Part shown: in pieces, positions 1-12,843 of the stretch
Numbering within the stretch: the first letter of the stretch is position 1
How the letters are laid out: each line of letters starts with the position of its first letter
Source: Phoronis australis
Lineage: Eukaryota; Animalia; Phoronida
NCBI GenBank assembly: GCA_002633005.1
Contig: NMRA01000229.1
Location: 582,271 to 646,270, forward strand
DNA length: 64,000 nucleotides
Direction of reading: 5' to 3'
Notes under the pieces: model-generated
Told to the model about the DNA's origin: nothing
Databases searched by the model: none
The model's input: only the letters and a program-made list of their open reading frames with translations
Position numbers and translations under genes: made by a program

Positions 1-842
1 CACAGCCAGCGTGTGTAAACCCCAACTTGGAAAAATTGAGGGGGGGGGGGGCGGTTTCACTCTGAAAATATGTCTTTTGCATTGTGAATTGCGGTTATGA
101 AAATCAACTCGTTTCGAGTCTTCGTGGCTCATCGGCAAAACCCCGGAAATCAATTGTGCGCGCGCTTCCGGCGACACTTCTGAAGTAGCCAAGCATTTTA
201 GATAGATCCACCGCTGAAAGAGCAGCTCTATAGCTGATTTCTTTAGGTAACTAGTTTCTTTACTCTAAGATATGTTTTGATTTGATTAGGGGAAATACTG
301 TGGTGCCGCAACCCTGATATGCAGGTGAATTGACGTGCAACGTTTTTACCTCATCTGTCATGCCGTGTCGTCCTATTACACCCCACACGTTTGTAACATG
401 AATTTGACTGGTGTATAGTAAAGTTTTCTTGCGCAGCATCATACAGTGTACATGTACATGTAATACTTTTGAAAAAAACTCGTTTTCCGAAGAATTGCTA
501 TTGTGGCGGGCGCCGTGGTCTGGTCGCGAGTCTGTTTGAAGATGCACCCTATCAAGTTATGTTTATACAAGGAATGACCAATGGGGCACTCACATTTACA
601 AAGTGACCGCATTCGCGAACAGTGTACAGTACCAGAAATTGCGGGGAGGCTATATTTTCACAACAAAGTCTTGCGGGACTTTTGCGATGTTCAACAGGCC
701 TTCTAAGGAGCCCTAGTACCGATCTCAACACCTACCGTCCTTCTACGTGCAATAAGCACCACTGCCGTTTTCTATACTGAGAATTTCCGCAGAAAGGCCC
801 ACCCGACGAAACGCCCATGCCGATGGGCATTTATTTGATGTT

Positions 843-1541
843 AGTACTTCGGGTTTCAAGCGTTCAGACATTGGGACGTTTATTTCGAAAATTGCAAGAG
901 ATGCAAATGGGTCCTGGGATATACATCGTCAAGGTTTGAAGTAGTCCATGATGAACGGATCAAATTTAGTTGCGCATGCTGTAAGTCTTTTGAATGGACT
1001 TGGTAACCTCAGGGGGCTTAGTGCCAACTGAGCTACGAAACGAGATGCTGGCATTGTAGAGGCGTACATCAAGCTCATTGACACAGCAGTTGACGAAGTG
1101 CAAGCATTGGGAACAAACGTCGAAGATGTCTGGGTAGAATGGTTCCAAGACGAGCGAACCATTGGATGCACAGATTCCTCGGCAGTCTAGACAACAGAAA
1201 GATAGGACCAACGTTCCTAGAGAAACACCCAGGTAATATGTTATAATTCTACACAGTTTGTAATAATGTCGGTTTTTTATACTTGTGTACAATGAAAACG
1301 AAAAAGGAATTATTTTGGACATGCCAAATTTACCCAGTACAGCAGAGGGTCTACGAGCGCACAGAAACTGATTCTAGTTTGTATTTCCACTTGAGTCTAT
1401 CTGCTTCTTATCCAAAATCTTATTTCACGTAGTGCGTACTAGTTAAATCTGTACTCAATACTTGTTTCTTCCAGTGAGTACTACAAAACGGTGCGAAAGC
1501 CCTTCATAGACAACCTCTCGCAGCAGTTGACCACCAGATGT
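843..1541 (+). pseudogene. Degenerate hAT-family (P52rIPK/THAP12/ZMYM1-like) transposase fragment with one intron (1233..1474)
   Basis: Translation with stops and a frameshift: LLNGLGNLRGLS..KRDAGIVEAYIKLID...NVEDVWVEWFQ / IPRQSRQQKDRTNVPRETP|SEYYKTVRKPFIDNLSQQLTTR. This matches the recalled hAT C-terminal consensus PR..RQ..R.NVP..TP.EYY....PFLD.L..QL..RF. Confidence 0.65.
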
Positions 1542-2619
1542 GTAAACTACACGTATGAGCAACCACTGGGGATTAAAAAGTGCCTTGAGAGAAGTTTTCA
1601 ACTCAAAATTTTTTGCAAAGTACGCTTTAGGTCTCGCGATGGACCAGGCCAGCTTGATTTGTGTAGATATCGAGTTTCAGTGTACTTCTGCTCCCTCGGC
1701 GAACTAGTCTTGTGATGTTTTTTCCCAAAGTGTGCTTTGTAAAACTATTTGTCTCCCCCGGTACTGTTTGGTCCCGCGACAGATCGACTACTTTTATAGG
1801 GATAATAAGCACAGGTGTGCTTTTGGTCTCGTGACGGACCAGGCCAGAGTTTTCGTGTACTCTCAGTGTACATCTGGTCCCTCTGCGAACTGCTCCTGTA
1901 TATCTTTTCACCACGGTGTAGGCCTACAGAATGTTTTGGTTTCGTGAAACTGTTTTCAGACGATTTGTTTCCTGATACATTTGACGTTTTTCAGTTGTTG
2001 TCAACATGATTCAGCTTAATAAAGTGGTACTTAATTGTTTATTTTCACTTTTAATAATAGACTATGAGCTGAGAGCAGCATCGTTCGCAAGTTTTTCTCG
2101 TAACGAGACATAACACATGTTTATTTCCGGACTAACAGTACAGATCTTCGTTCTTAAACAGCTTGAGGCTGTTGCGATCATCTGATATTCAAGTTTTTAC
2201 GCCTCGTCGGTGCTCCTTATGCTTTTGAATATTTGTATAAATCCCTGTATACACACCACACTTTTTCGTATGCTAAAAAGGTGTGTGTAAGCAGATGTTC
2301 CAACAAAAATTTTTGATGGTGGTGTGACTCATACTCAGATGTACACAAATATGGTTTCACGAAACTTATGAGCCAAGTTCATGTGACGAAATCGAGAAGG
2401 GTTTTTAACTATCTTAAGAAAAACTCCAAAGACATGTTAAGTGCCAGAAACGTACCAGGATGCATGGAAATTTCACTGTATGGCTACAAAAACAAAAAGT
2501 AAACCCCCTCCCGACCTCCCTCCCCCCGCTCGGCGCAACGCGCCTCGTATTCGACCTTTGCTGGAATCCTAAACCCCCCCTTACTGAAAACGTAGATCCG
2601 CCACTGTAATATATATATG

Positions 2620-2960
2620 CTCGCATGCGCTAAAAGAAATCAGACTGGCTACTGCTTGAAATAGCCATTGTTTTGTTTACATGAAGTCAACCCTCACATT
2701 TTATGTTACGTCCACGTCTTGCCATGCCAAATAAGGAGAGGTGTTTTGTCGTGTGGAAGAAAATCGAGGACTGGAAGTGACGAGCAGCTGACCTCGACAG
2801 AAATTCAAACTCTTTGTGAGCGAATCGTAAAAATAATTGGTGAACAATTTGACACATGGTTAATGCAATTTCGTCTGTTTTTCGCTTTCTATGCCACTTT
2901 AAGCGGGCGCACGTGGAGTCGAAACAAAAAATGGAACACAACGCATACGCGAGCGTGAAC
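2620..2960 (+). repeat. Dispersed repeat, homologous to about 26645..26940
   Basis: Shared CGCATGCGCT, AAGTGACGAG, TTGGTGAACA and TAATGCAATTT.GTCTGTTTTTCGC. Confidence 0.65.
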
Positions 2961-3212
2961 CTGTGACCTCTGGTGACTCACACGTTCGCAGTCGAGTAGC
3001 CAAAGCTCTCAAGTGCGTTTGACCTGCACATCTGAAATGATGTTTTTCAGGCATACCAGGGTATTCCAAAGCAAACGAGGTGACAGTTTTATCCACAATG
3101 TTGTAAATAAAACCCCATTTAGAGTCTATGATAAAACCGTATTTCACACACTGCCTAGTTTAGTTTTGTGTATTCGCAACAGGTGGCAAAAGCGTAGTTT
3201 TTATGCTCGCTA

Positions 3213-4176
3213 GTTCCCTACGTGTCTAGCCAGCTAGCAAGGTGTCATGCAATGGAACGCGCTTTAGCATTGTTTGATGTAACCTAAGCAGTTATTGGTT
3301 AGCTATACAACACCGTAAAAAATGGCGGACTGTGAACGATCTTTAGCCTTGTCATGCAAGTGGCGTCGCAGCAACTATTCCGTTTCTGCAGTGATGTTTA
3401 CTGTGAATAGTCGCGTGCCTGAAGCACATACATGTGCAATAAACACATATCTGGCCAATTTAACCGGTGTGTAAGGCCCTTTCATATTGACTTAACTCAG
3501 GTCTGAGCGGAGCGTCGACGTAAACAGCTCAGTTAACTGGACCGTTCAACAGGCTTCGGTAGTTAATGACCATCAAAGTAAACGGTTGGTGACGCTGTCG
3601 TCATCGAAGTTATCGCAAGGTAGCGTTGCACGCTAAGATTTTTTCAATGAGACAATTTGAGAAAATTTACATGTGCTAATTGACATTAAACTTATTTTTA
3701 AATGGATTAGTTGTTATTAGAGCAAAATATAAGCAGCTATTATTGACGACACTACCCTGTAACTGTTGATGATAACAGTGGCACCTGGCGATAACTTGGA
3801 TTGGACCGAGGTTAAGCGTTCATACTGCACCGCAGCGTCGACTCTGCGCTATTAAATCCACCTGTTAACTGCGACGTTAGCTGGAGCTGTTAACTGCGAT
3901 CCAGGACCAGATTTAAGCGTTCGACAGTAGAAACATGCACTCCGAAAAGGCGCAATCACAATTTCTAGGATCTACATTTCCTGAACATAAATTTAAGCAC
4001 CGATTTGTACTACACTGCAGTCCATCAGTCCTGCCAGTTTGTTTGCGTAAAGCGCTGCCTGTTGAGAATTCGACTAGCCAATCAGAAACGCCGGTCTAAA
4101 AAAATTCCCGAGGAAAATTAAGTGATACCTACATGCTGGCTACTGACCACCTAGCGGCACGCAGGGAACCAGCGAG
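3213..4176 (+). mobile_element. Dispersed repeat (homologous to about 59978..60530) interrupted by a nested insertion 3475..3920
   Basis: 3213..3471 aligns with about 59978..60226, and 3920..4176 with about 60272..60529. The insert starts TAA|GGCCCTTTCATATTG, which resembles a PIF/Harbinger end. Confidence 0.75.
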
Positions 4177-6173
4177 AGTTGTTATGCGCACCTATGTCCA
4201 AAACCGACTTAATTTGTGCCTGAGCTATGTCCGAGACCAGAAACCGACTTTGTGTTCGTGAAACAGTATTTTCTGAATTTTCGTCTTTCGTCTTAAGTTA
4301 GCCAGACTTTCAGTCTGACTTAGACACATGTTTGGACTTCGGTCCTAAGTGTTAAGTCATTTTTCGTAAAATGGGCCTCAGATCAGATGCAACGTTTAGT
4401 TTATCGGTGCATAACCAGTTCTGGTATCAATTATTTCCGTAAGAGCATGACTGCTTGCCTACTCTTGAGATAGCATGAACGAACTTGGAATTCCACGTCT
4501 GCGTATTGTAAGCAAAGATACTGTGTATAATATCTTTGTTATACGTTCACATACGACATGACAACCAGCCGATGACCTACACTGTACTTACGTGTATATT
4601 ATTTACAATAAACTGGGTATATTAAGATTGCACTTGACGTAATGTGCAGATTTTCGCTTCAGTCACTAGGTGAACTACGCCAAGTACATGTACATAGTGC
4701 AGTGAAGGCAGGATTCCGTGAAATTTTTCAATTGTTCTGGGATTCAAGGTGTGAATCATACGATTGGTTAAAAAGTATGTTGCCTGGACGGAAACGGGAA
4801 TTCCTCTAAGTATTACCCAACCAAAAAAGTGTACCAGGGTTTTGATAGGCTTAAAATATAGACGATAGTTGCTCAAATACGACGCATACGCCTGCGTGGT
4901 TATAGGCTAATCAGCGAAAAATAATTCGAGTGTCTCAAACTTCCGTTAGAAAAGACGAGGGTAGGATTTGGCGGGAAATCCAGTGCACACATAAGCTTAA
5001 CTTCATCAAGAGTTGTGCGGAAAATGACGACTATTCTATCGAATGAACGTGATTTAACGCGAGTAAACTCTAAAACCTACAATGTCGCAACTGGCCTAAT
5101 GAATGAAGTTAAAGCTATCAGGATGCATAAAATGTGTGCCGAAAGCAACACTTTCAAATTTTATGGAAGGTGTAAATAACGTCAATACAGGGGCTGGCGC
5201 AAAACAGATGTTATTACTTTGCGCTGTTTTGGAATGAACTTTCACGTCCGGTTCAACAATTCACTGAACTCTAGAATATTTACAATTCTGTGAGGGGGTA
5301 CATTCCCCCACTTACTTTGTTCATAGCTCTCGTTACTTGTAGAAACGATTGAGTCACCACGTGTACCTTGTGAACACCTTCTAGATCAGAATACGTGCAC
5401 ATGATATGTGCTTGTTTAAGTAGAAAATCTAGCAGCTACTGATTTCCTTAGGCGATTTGCTGGACGATTACGCATGAAGATTCCAGGAAAACAACGTTAC
5501 AGTTTCATCCTTTAGTTTGAAGATTTCCTGAACTGAAAATGTCTGCCAATATTGGTTCAAGAACAAGTTGAATATTGATTGCCAAAAATTACCCAAAACA
5601 ACTTGTCTGTTTTCTTTCTTGCCTAGATCATTAGTTAATTCACTGTTTCTGTATTATTTGTCTCAACAATGTGGTTAACCGCAAAATGTTTTCGTTTTAT
5701 TCTTAATTCGCCATTTAAATTCATTACAGTACGTTTTGGTCAATCCTTTTGGCAACAAAGAAATGGATCGTTAATCGAAGTTGGTTTGTGGTGAAAATTA
5801 CTACAAAACAACAACAAAACAAGACAACGACTTTCGTTTTTAGTTCAAAGGACTATCTTCCAAGTCAATGCTTTTGTGATAATACATGTAGTGACCTCGC
5901 AAAGTAGTGTCATGGTTAATTTCAGGATGTGCGTGCGCCTCAATACTAAAATGTGTCGATATTTACAACTTCGTTTAAGTGCAGTTCTGCGCCTATATGC
6001 TAATTAACCTAGTCAATCGTTTTAAGCAGATTTGGAAAAGTGTATGGAAGGCAAACATGACACACGTCTCTAGCTGAATCTTCAAAGTTGAGAGACAGCA
6101 TAAATACAATAACAAATTAAACAAATGTTCCGTGAGCAAAATCCACGGCAATCTTCATCAGTATCTTCAATAG

Positions 6174-6233
6174 TATATATGTGTGTGTGCGCGCGCGCGC
6201 GCGCGTGTGTGTGCGCGCGTGTGTGTGTGTGTG
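6174..6233. repeat. (TA)/(TG)/(CG) microsatellite
   Basis: Alternating purine-pyrimidine tract. Confidence 0.9.
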
Positions 6234-9200
6234 CTTGTAGCATCTCTTTGGCTGTACGCGTCACGAATTTTATATTCATGTATACCGTTAGCAGAATTTA
6301 GTCAATGATTTTCAATTTTTCAGAATGAATATTTTAGAAGGAAATTGCTACTGTCATCCCATTTCTTCTCATAACCCCAAGGGCGGTTCCACTTTAAGAT
6401 TTCCAAAAACAAATCTGCGAAGTTCAGTTACCAGCCACAAATTGAACCACGAAAAGCAAGAGAAGTTTTTGTTCGCGCAAGCAAACACGACTTAGCCGTT
6501 GATTCTGAGCCAGATCACATGATGCGTGGTATAACCTTTGATGAAATTATTTTTATAAATGAGGCTCTATCTGTTGAGTTCTTTAACAACCAACAAAATT
6601 ATATCGTGCTTGTAGTTTTAGTCTGTGCCAAGTGTTTGCGTTTTCCGGTCATCACGCAAGATACCGTTCCGCCTCGTTCTATAATGGCTGAAAAAGTCTA
6701 CTGTGTTCACCTAGTACGTGACCTTTTATCTTTGTACCCCATAAAGATTTACAGCAACCGCCAAACGACCAAAAATGATATTTTGAGTTCAGTTTCACCA
6801 TCTGTCTGATATGCGTTAACCACGAAGAGTCGTATCGTATGGAAATTAAACATTTTCAACGGATACCCTCCTACACAGTAAATGCTAAGCGATGAAAATG
6901 AACACACTATACAGACATACAGCCCGGTGGTCAATCGGCATGTACATGCACACATCATTGTATTATAATTTTTTTTCAAAGATATCAAAATTGCGTGAAC
7001 AGGACAACTCAATTAAGTCACTTATAACTTCTAAAACACGCTTCACTATACTTTAAGTTTATCATTTACGAAACTATCCTAAAGGTAAGGCCCTTTTTCG
7101 AATATTGCGCCAATATTAAATTTTCAAAACAACTTAAGCCTAGCTTACTTCCGACTACGACTGCGCCTGAACAACTTAGTCAGAATGTGGTCGCATATCA
7201 TCACAATACGGAAGCAGTCGCGGTTTCTGGTTTTGTCAACCACGCACAGCGCATTTCGAGTCAAAAGCGTTTTAATGGGTGCTTATTGAATTGTCACCGT
7301 GGTTTCTCAGTGACACAGCTGAAAAGGTATCGATTGTTCATGTATCGCGGTTGCACCAGTCGAATTGCACAGTTACTGTGAGTAACCAGAATATTTCCGC
7401 GTTATTTGTACTTCAGACTCACCTGTTTTCTTTTAAATTCGAGACTGACTCGTCGTATTCAAATGAACTCGGCAAAATAATGCGTCTGAGTTCTAAGTGG
7501 TCAAATTAAAACTGTGCATTTGCACGGTGAAAACGTTCATTCCCACGAAATGATAATATTGTTCGGTAGAAACGATCATGAGAAGGGGACTGTTGGTAAG
7601 AACGCCCGCGTGTACCGCGAGCCATGTTTTTTGCCTCAGTTAATTTGCAATATGAGAGAGAGGGTATTCTTTTTGTCTTTACAATCATTGTAGTTTTGGA
7701 ATTATCAAGGGGTGTGTTCCGTAAGTCGGGTTTCTTTCACGCTAGTGGAAAGGTTATGTTTTACAGCTGCGAACTACTGTAAAGATGCGGCCATGGAATT
7801 TGGTCTTGAGACCTAGAGTTTGTCAAATCCGCTATAAAATCGCCTTCGGTCAAAGAAAACAACTTCTGAGTTAGATTGCTTGGCATTATAGTTTTAGTGT
7901 CGTTTATTAATCAACTCAAAGTTTCTTACTCAGATGAGAAGTAATTTCAAGCTTTGGAATGAACTGAGGTTTTATTATTACTTGAAACTTGCTCGTTGCT
8001 TATAACAACCCACCGTGAAAAATAGTACCCGAACAACATGGTCCACGCACTTCTGAGCATATAGCTTCAGATTAAATGCATGAACGCGTGTCACGGACCT
8101 GTGAACTCAGTACACTGACTCACAAACTTGTGTCTGCACTAAACACGGCTTACGCCTCCAAAAAGCATGCTGCTTACCTACAGTGTACGTGTTCTTATCA
8201 ATTTTGCGTGAGTTCGTGAGTATTAAGGTTTGGACGCGTAAGTTTCATGTATGTGCTCTGGCCTATTACGCATTTCCTCCATTTTGACCCATTATGCCCA
8301 TTTTCCCCCGTCAATTTTAGTTTGTCCCTATATGAAGAAAATCGACCCGGCATAGTTTCGCAATAAACACGGTCATTATTATGTTGCAAAATAGAAGATT
8401 GGTGACATTATCTTTGACACGAGCCATCAATGAAATATCCGCTGTGTTATTTCGTTTTATTAGAAGTCCTCAATTCCCGATGTTAACTTCTGGTCAATAC
8501 CCTGGTGGCTGTGGTAGAATTATTTGACGGGCGCTGGCCTCTAAAATTTTGTCTCGTGCAAAATGTCTTAGGTCGCGGGCGGTGTTTCCTGTTTAAGCCG
8601 GCGTAAAAAGCCAAGTGAGCTAGCACTCTCTTGAATGAGTGTGAGAAGTCGAGGAGAACAGCTGAAGATTATTAGAAGAAAAACCTCTTTAGAATAAACA
8701 TTTCGTAACGAAATCGGAACGCTGGAATACCGTACGAGATGAGTTAAACATTTCCAGTAATGTTGAGTTTGCTCGGCCACAATTTAGGTGAATCATAAAC
8801 GAATTATTTTGTAAAAACTTTTAACATTTTCTAATTGACTTCACTGAGTCTCAAAGTCGAAGTATTTCGAATGATCTCGGACAAGTACAAATACAAATAC
8901 AATACTCGCTTTCCAAAATAGCCAAATACGCTTTGACTTAGTAATAATTGCTAACCTATGCAGTTTCTGGTGGTGATTGTTTGCAAATATTATTTGTTAA
9001 TGTCACTCCTGAACTTTAAAACTGATCACTTTTGTACCGGATAAAGTAGGCTTACGATTAAGGCGATACCTAAAAGTCACACGGTACAACAGTGACGTCG
9101 ACGGTCATTTGCGAAAATAAAAGCAATAGAAAACACATTCGCCAAAAAAGTCGAAATATTTTTATGACAACCTCATAAAAAGATCGTGTAATTCTATTCA

Positions 9201-9636
9201 ATTCTAAGTGTTTTATTCATGCTTAGTTGGTTCAGATGATTTCGCTTTGGGAACATCGATATCAATTGAATAATGGAAGGTGGTTTTACATCCGGTTTAA
9301 CTGGTACCTTTTGATTATGAAAAAGCCTGCGAAACATATGAAGCACTCACGCCATTTACGCAGTATGCGAACAATTAAGATGCGCTCCGTAATGTCTGAC
9401 ATTCGCGAGTGTCATGTAATGAGATTACCTGTTCCGCTTCAAATACTTTGCGCGATCTCACCGACCTTGCAAAGTACGCGCCTTACTGAACAAACTCCGA
9501 AGCTGATAGCACGAATGAAATGCGCAGTTTAGACTTCGAGTCACAAGCTTCCGGTGCGCAGCTCCTAATTTGATTAATGCAGTCCTCTCATATATACATC
9601 TAAATGACGATAAGTTATTTTATTTTGCAGTTAACA

Positions 9637-9960
9637 ATGACAGCTAGACGTATATGGACAATTCTGGCTATATGTCTTTTGATCATGGAGTCTGTTTCCG
9701 CGTTCTTTTACATGAAAGATAGAATTAAACACTATCCGCGCATGGGAAGAAGGAGTGAACAAGGTACAGTACTAAACATTCCGTCATCTTTAATGGAAAA
9801 ACAAGATGTGAAACCCGAGAAAGAAGACAGTTTTAGAATGTTATTCAGGACTGCCCAGCAATTTCCTAATTCGCGCTATTCTGAGGATACAGCGAGGACA
9901 ATCCACCACGGAAACACAGACTACACAAGTAGGGACACTAAATCAACAAATGGTAGGTAG
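9637..9960 (+). CDS. Neuropeptide precursor, PRXamide family (pleurin/ecdysis-triggering-hormone-like); predicted mature peptide FFYMKDRIKHYPRM-NH2
   Basis: Splice acceptor tattttgcAG at 9630 lies just before ATG 9637. A 22-aa signal peptide (MTARRIWTILAICLLIMESVSA) is followed directly by the 14-mer plus G-RR (amidation and dibasic cleavage). The 3' end may splice onward (GTAGGT near 9953). Confidence 0.8.
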   Translation: MTARRIWTILAICLLIMESVSAFFYMKDRIKHYPRMGRRSEQGTVLNIPSSLMEKQDVKPEKEDSFRMLFRTAQQFPNSRYSEDTARTIHHGNTDYTSRDTKSTNGR

Positions 9961-11669
9961 CAGCCACGTAACTGTGTTGTTTAACGTCCAAAGGCTTTCT
10001 TACCAAGCGCGGATGGGATTGGAGAGACAGTGGGTCCGAACAATCATACTTGGTCGATTTTGTTGAGGTGAAATGGCGTCGAGAGGGTGACCCTCATTCC
10101 TTTCAAATGTCAGACTCCATTTATAGTGCGTCTCAGCTAGTAGTGTAGATTGCAGAGAGAGGGTCGCACCAATAGTTGCCGATGTTTTCAGAATAAGCTA
10201 AGTGCTAAGTTAACAACTAGTACACCATTTTTGACGGTGCAATTACCTTTCATACCACATGACGAAAAATTGCTTGGGATGTATATTAGTTCGCATTTTA
10301 AATGTTTTATAAAATATTTTATAGGTCTACACATATAAGACACTGATAAATCTAGAAAACCATCTCCTCCTTTTGCAATAACGTTGGTCGTCAAAATAAC
10401 AATAGATATATATTCTCCATATTTCTGCAGTCGTAGAATAAAATGGGCGCGGGCTACCATCGAAAGGCTACTGCCAAACCAGAACACTGCGTTTTTGTTA
10501 GGTCTCTTCAAGCCCGTAGAAGTATATACAAACTTGCCTGCCCTTGGGCCCAAATTTCCTCCCTATTGACACCCCCTCAGCTCGTCACCAGTTTCACGCT
10601 GTTTGTGAGTACTCATGTTTCGACAAAAATCTATAGACGAGAAAGGATCATTTTTGTCCTGAATACACTGCGCCCGTTAAGCATTAAGCATATGGTTTTA
10701 ATAACAGCTGTTAAGGCGAAAATCGCTGTTTGGAGGGTTACAGTAATAACGTAAACATTCCTACCGCACGCTGAGAAAATCGGAGAAGTGCGGCTAGCAA
10801 TGGCACCTTTTTGATAGCACCGACTTGGAATAGAGTAGATGGAATATCGTCTCGGAAACTTCCGTTGTAGTTTCTCATGTTTCGGCGACATAAAATGAGG
10901 CCGAATGCCACTTCATTAAGATCCATTTTGGGGAATAGCCATTTTATCAAGGTCATGCTTTGAGGCCGGTGCACTTCAAGGGTGCGAATCCTGGCGTCCC
11001 TATACATGTAGTACACAGCGTTAGGGGGTGTCAGAAAATCTCTTGCTGAAACACGAGGACTCGGGTAGCTGCCTCCACGAGAGAGAATTGATATAAAACT
11101 AATCGAGTTGCATCAACCTACATCAAAACTCACCGAAACACGAACTTCTCGGAGGGTTATTTTGACAGAATCGTCTACAGTGTTCCTTATTGTTTGGTGA
11201 TAGTTGATAGACTTTCCAGAAAGTGCAACGTGCCTCTACAATGTAAGTTCATTAAAGAATCATATTACACTGCAACTGAGACACTAGCCGTACAAAACAG
11301 AGAGCTTCGGCTATACGTTAGAGCGAACGCGAACATGTCAGTGACCAGAGGTCACAGGCTATGTACATGTAGGTAGCGACCTGTCTGACACGACCATTAC
11401 ACTCTGCCCCGGGTGAAAGCAATCGATACAAGCCCGTATAAAAAATCTAAGATGTCATTTTTGAAACCAAAAGTCCTTTTGAGCAAAATGGAGAAAACAT
11501 GTAATTCACAAGCTCTCGGTTATTCTTGTTTTATTTGAATATCTAGATTAAGCGTGCTCCTTGTTCGCTTTCATGGAATGATTCCGAAATTCAGATGTTT
11601 TGGCACCACGTGAGTCACCCATTGCTATACGATTACTGTGGCTTTTCTGGGAAAAATCGGCAACAAACT

Positions 11670-12033
11670 TCATACTTCAACACGACGAGGGCCTCTGAAC
11701 AAAGGTCATACTTCAATACGACGAGAGCCCCTGAACAAACGTCATGTTTCAACGCGACGAGGGTCTCTAAACAAAGGTCATACTTCACGACGAGAGCCTC
11801 TGAGCAAAGGTCGTACTTCAACATGACCAGGGCCTCTGAATAAAGGTCGTACTTCAACATGACGAGGGCCTCTGAACAAAGGTCATACTTCAACGCGACG
11901 AAGGCCTCTGAACAAAGATCATACTTCAACGCAGCGAGGGCCTCTGAACAAAGATCATACTTCAACGCGACGAGGGCCTCTGAACAAAGGACCCTCAACG
12001 CGACGAAGGCCTCTGAACAAAGGTCATACTTCA
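11670..12033. repeat. 36-bp minisatellite, about 10 copies (TCATACTTCAACGCGACGAGGGCCTCTGAACAAAGG)
   Basis: Direct tandem units with no spacers. Explains the repetitive ORFs on both strands. Confidence 0.95.
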
Positions 12034-12529
12034 AATCTTAAGCTCAGTACTGAGCTTCCTTATATCTCCTAGATGGCTCAAACTTTTAAGATCACTAAAA
12101 AGTTGTATGTTATCTACGGCATCTGATACGATAAATCGGAAATAAAGCACACGTTTTGCATTTACGCGAGATCTGTCTTCATGTTCCTAAAACACAAAAA
12201 ACAGTGTAGGTGGCCTGATGTCATTTGCAGTGCATCAAACGTGCGAAGGCCTCATGGGTGGCCCATTGCACAAAACACCTGAGCTAAAACCACAAGAGTC
12301 CCGTTAGGGTTATACGTGAAAGAAGTTTTCAAGACTGCCTGTTTCCTTTAACACAGACGGACAGACCAATGAGCTATACCAGGGTATAGCTCATTTTACA
12401 GACGTTCCTACATATCGCTGGTGTGACAAGATTGAGCGCGAAAATGTAGGTCAACATTAAGACGCAGCAAGGAAAGAAATTGCCGATCTCACTCAGAGGC
12501 GGATTTAGGGAGGAGTGTAAGGGGGCCAA

Positions 12530-12843
12530 NNNNNNNNNNNNNNNNNNNNNNNNNNNNNNNNNNNNNNNNNNNNNNNNNNNNNNNNNNNNNNNNNNNNNNN
12601 NNNNNNNNNNNNNNNNNNNNNNNNNNNNNNNNNNNNNNNNNNNNNNNNNNNNNNNNNNNNNNNNNNNNNNNNNNNNNNNNNNNNNNNNNNNNNNNNNNNN
12701 NNNNNNNNNNNNNNNNNNNNNNNNNNNNNNNNNNNNNNNNNNNNNNNNNNNNNNNNNNNNNNNNNNNNNNNNNNNNNNNNNNNNNNNNNNNNNNNNNNNN
12801 NNNNNNNNNNNNNNNNNNNNNNNNNNNNNNNNNNNNNNNNNNN
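12530..12843. other. Assembly gap (N run)
   Basis: Run of n. Confidence 1.

Noticed and set aside
9604-9636. Upstream ATG of the 118-aa ORF
   Set aside because: It lies in the polypyrimidine tract/acceptor region; ATG 9637 gives a clean signal peptide.
11670-12033. CRISPR-like 36-bp repeats
   Set aside because: Units are contiguous with no unique spacers, there are no cas genes, and the context is eukaryotic.
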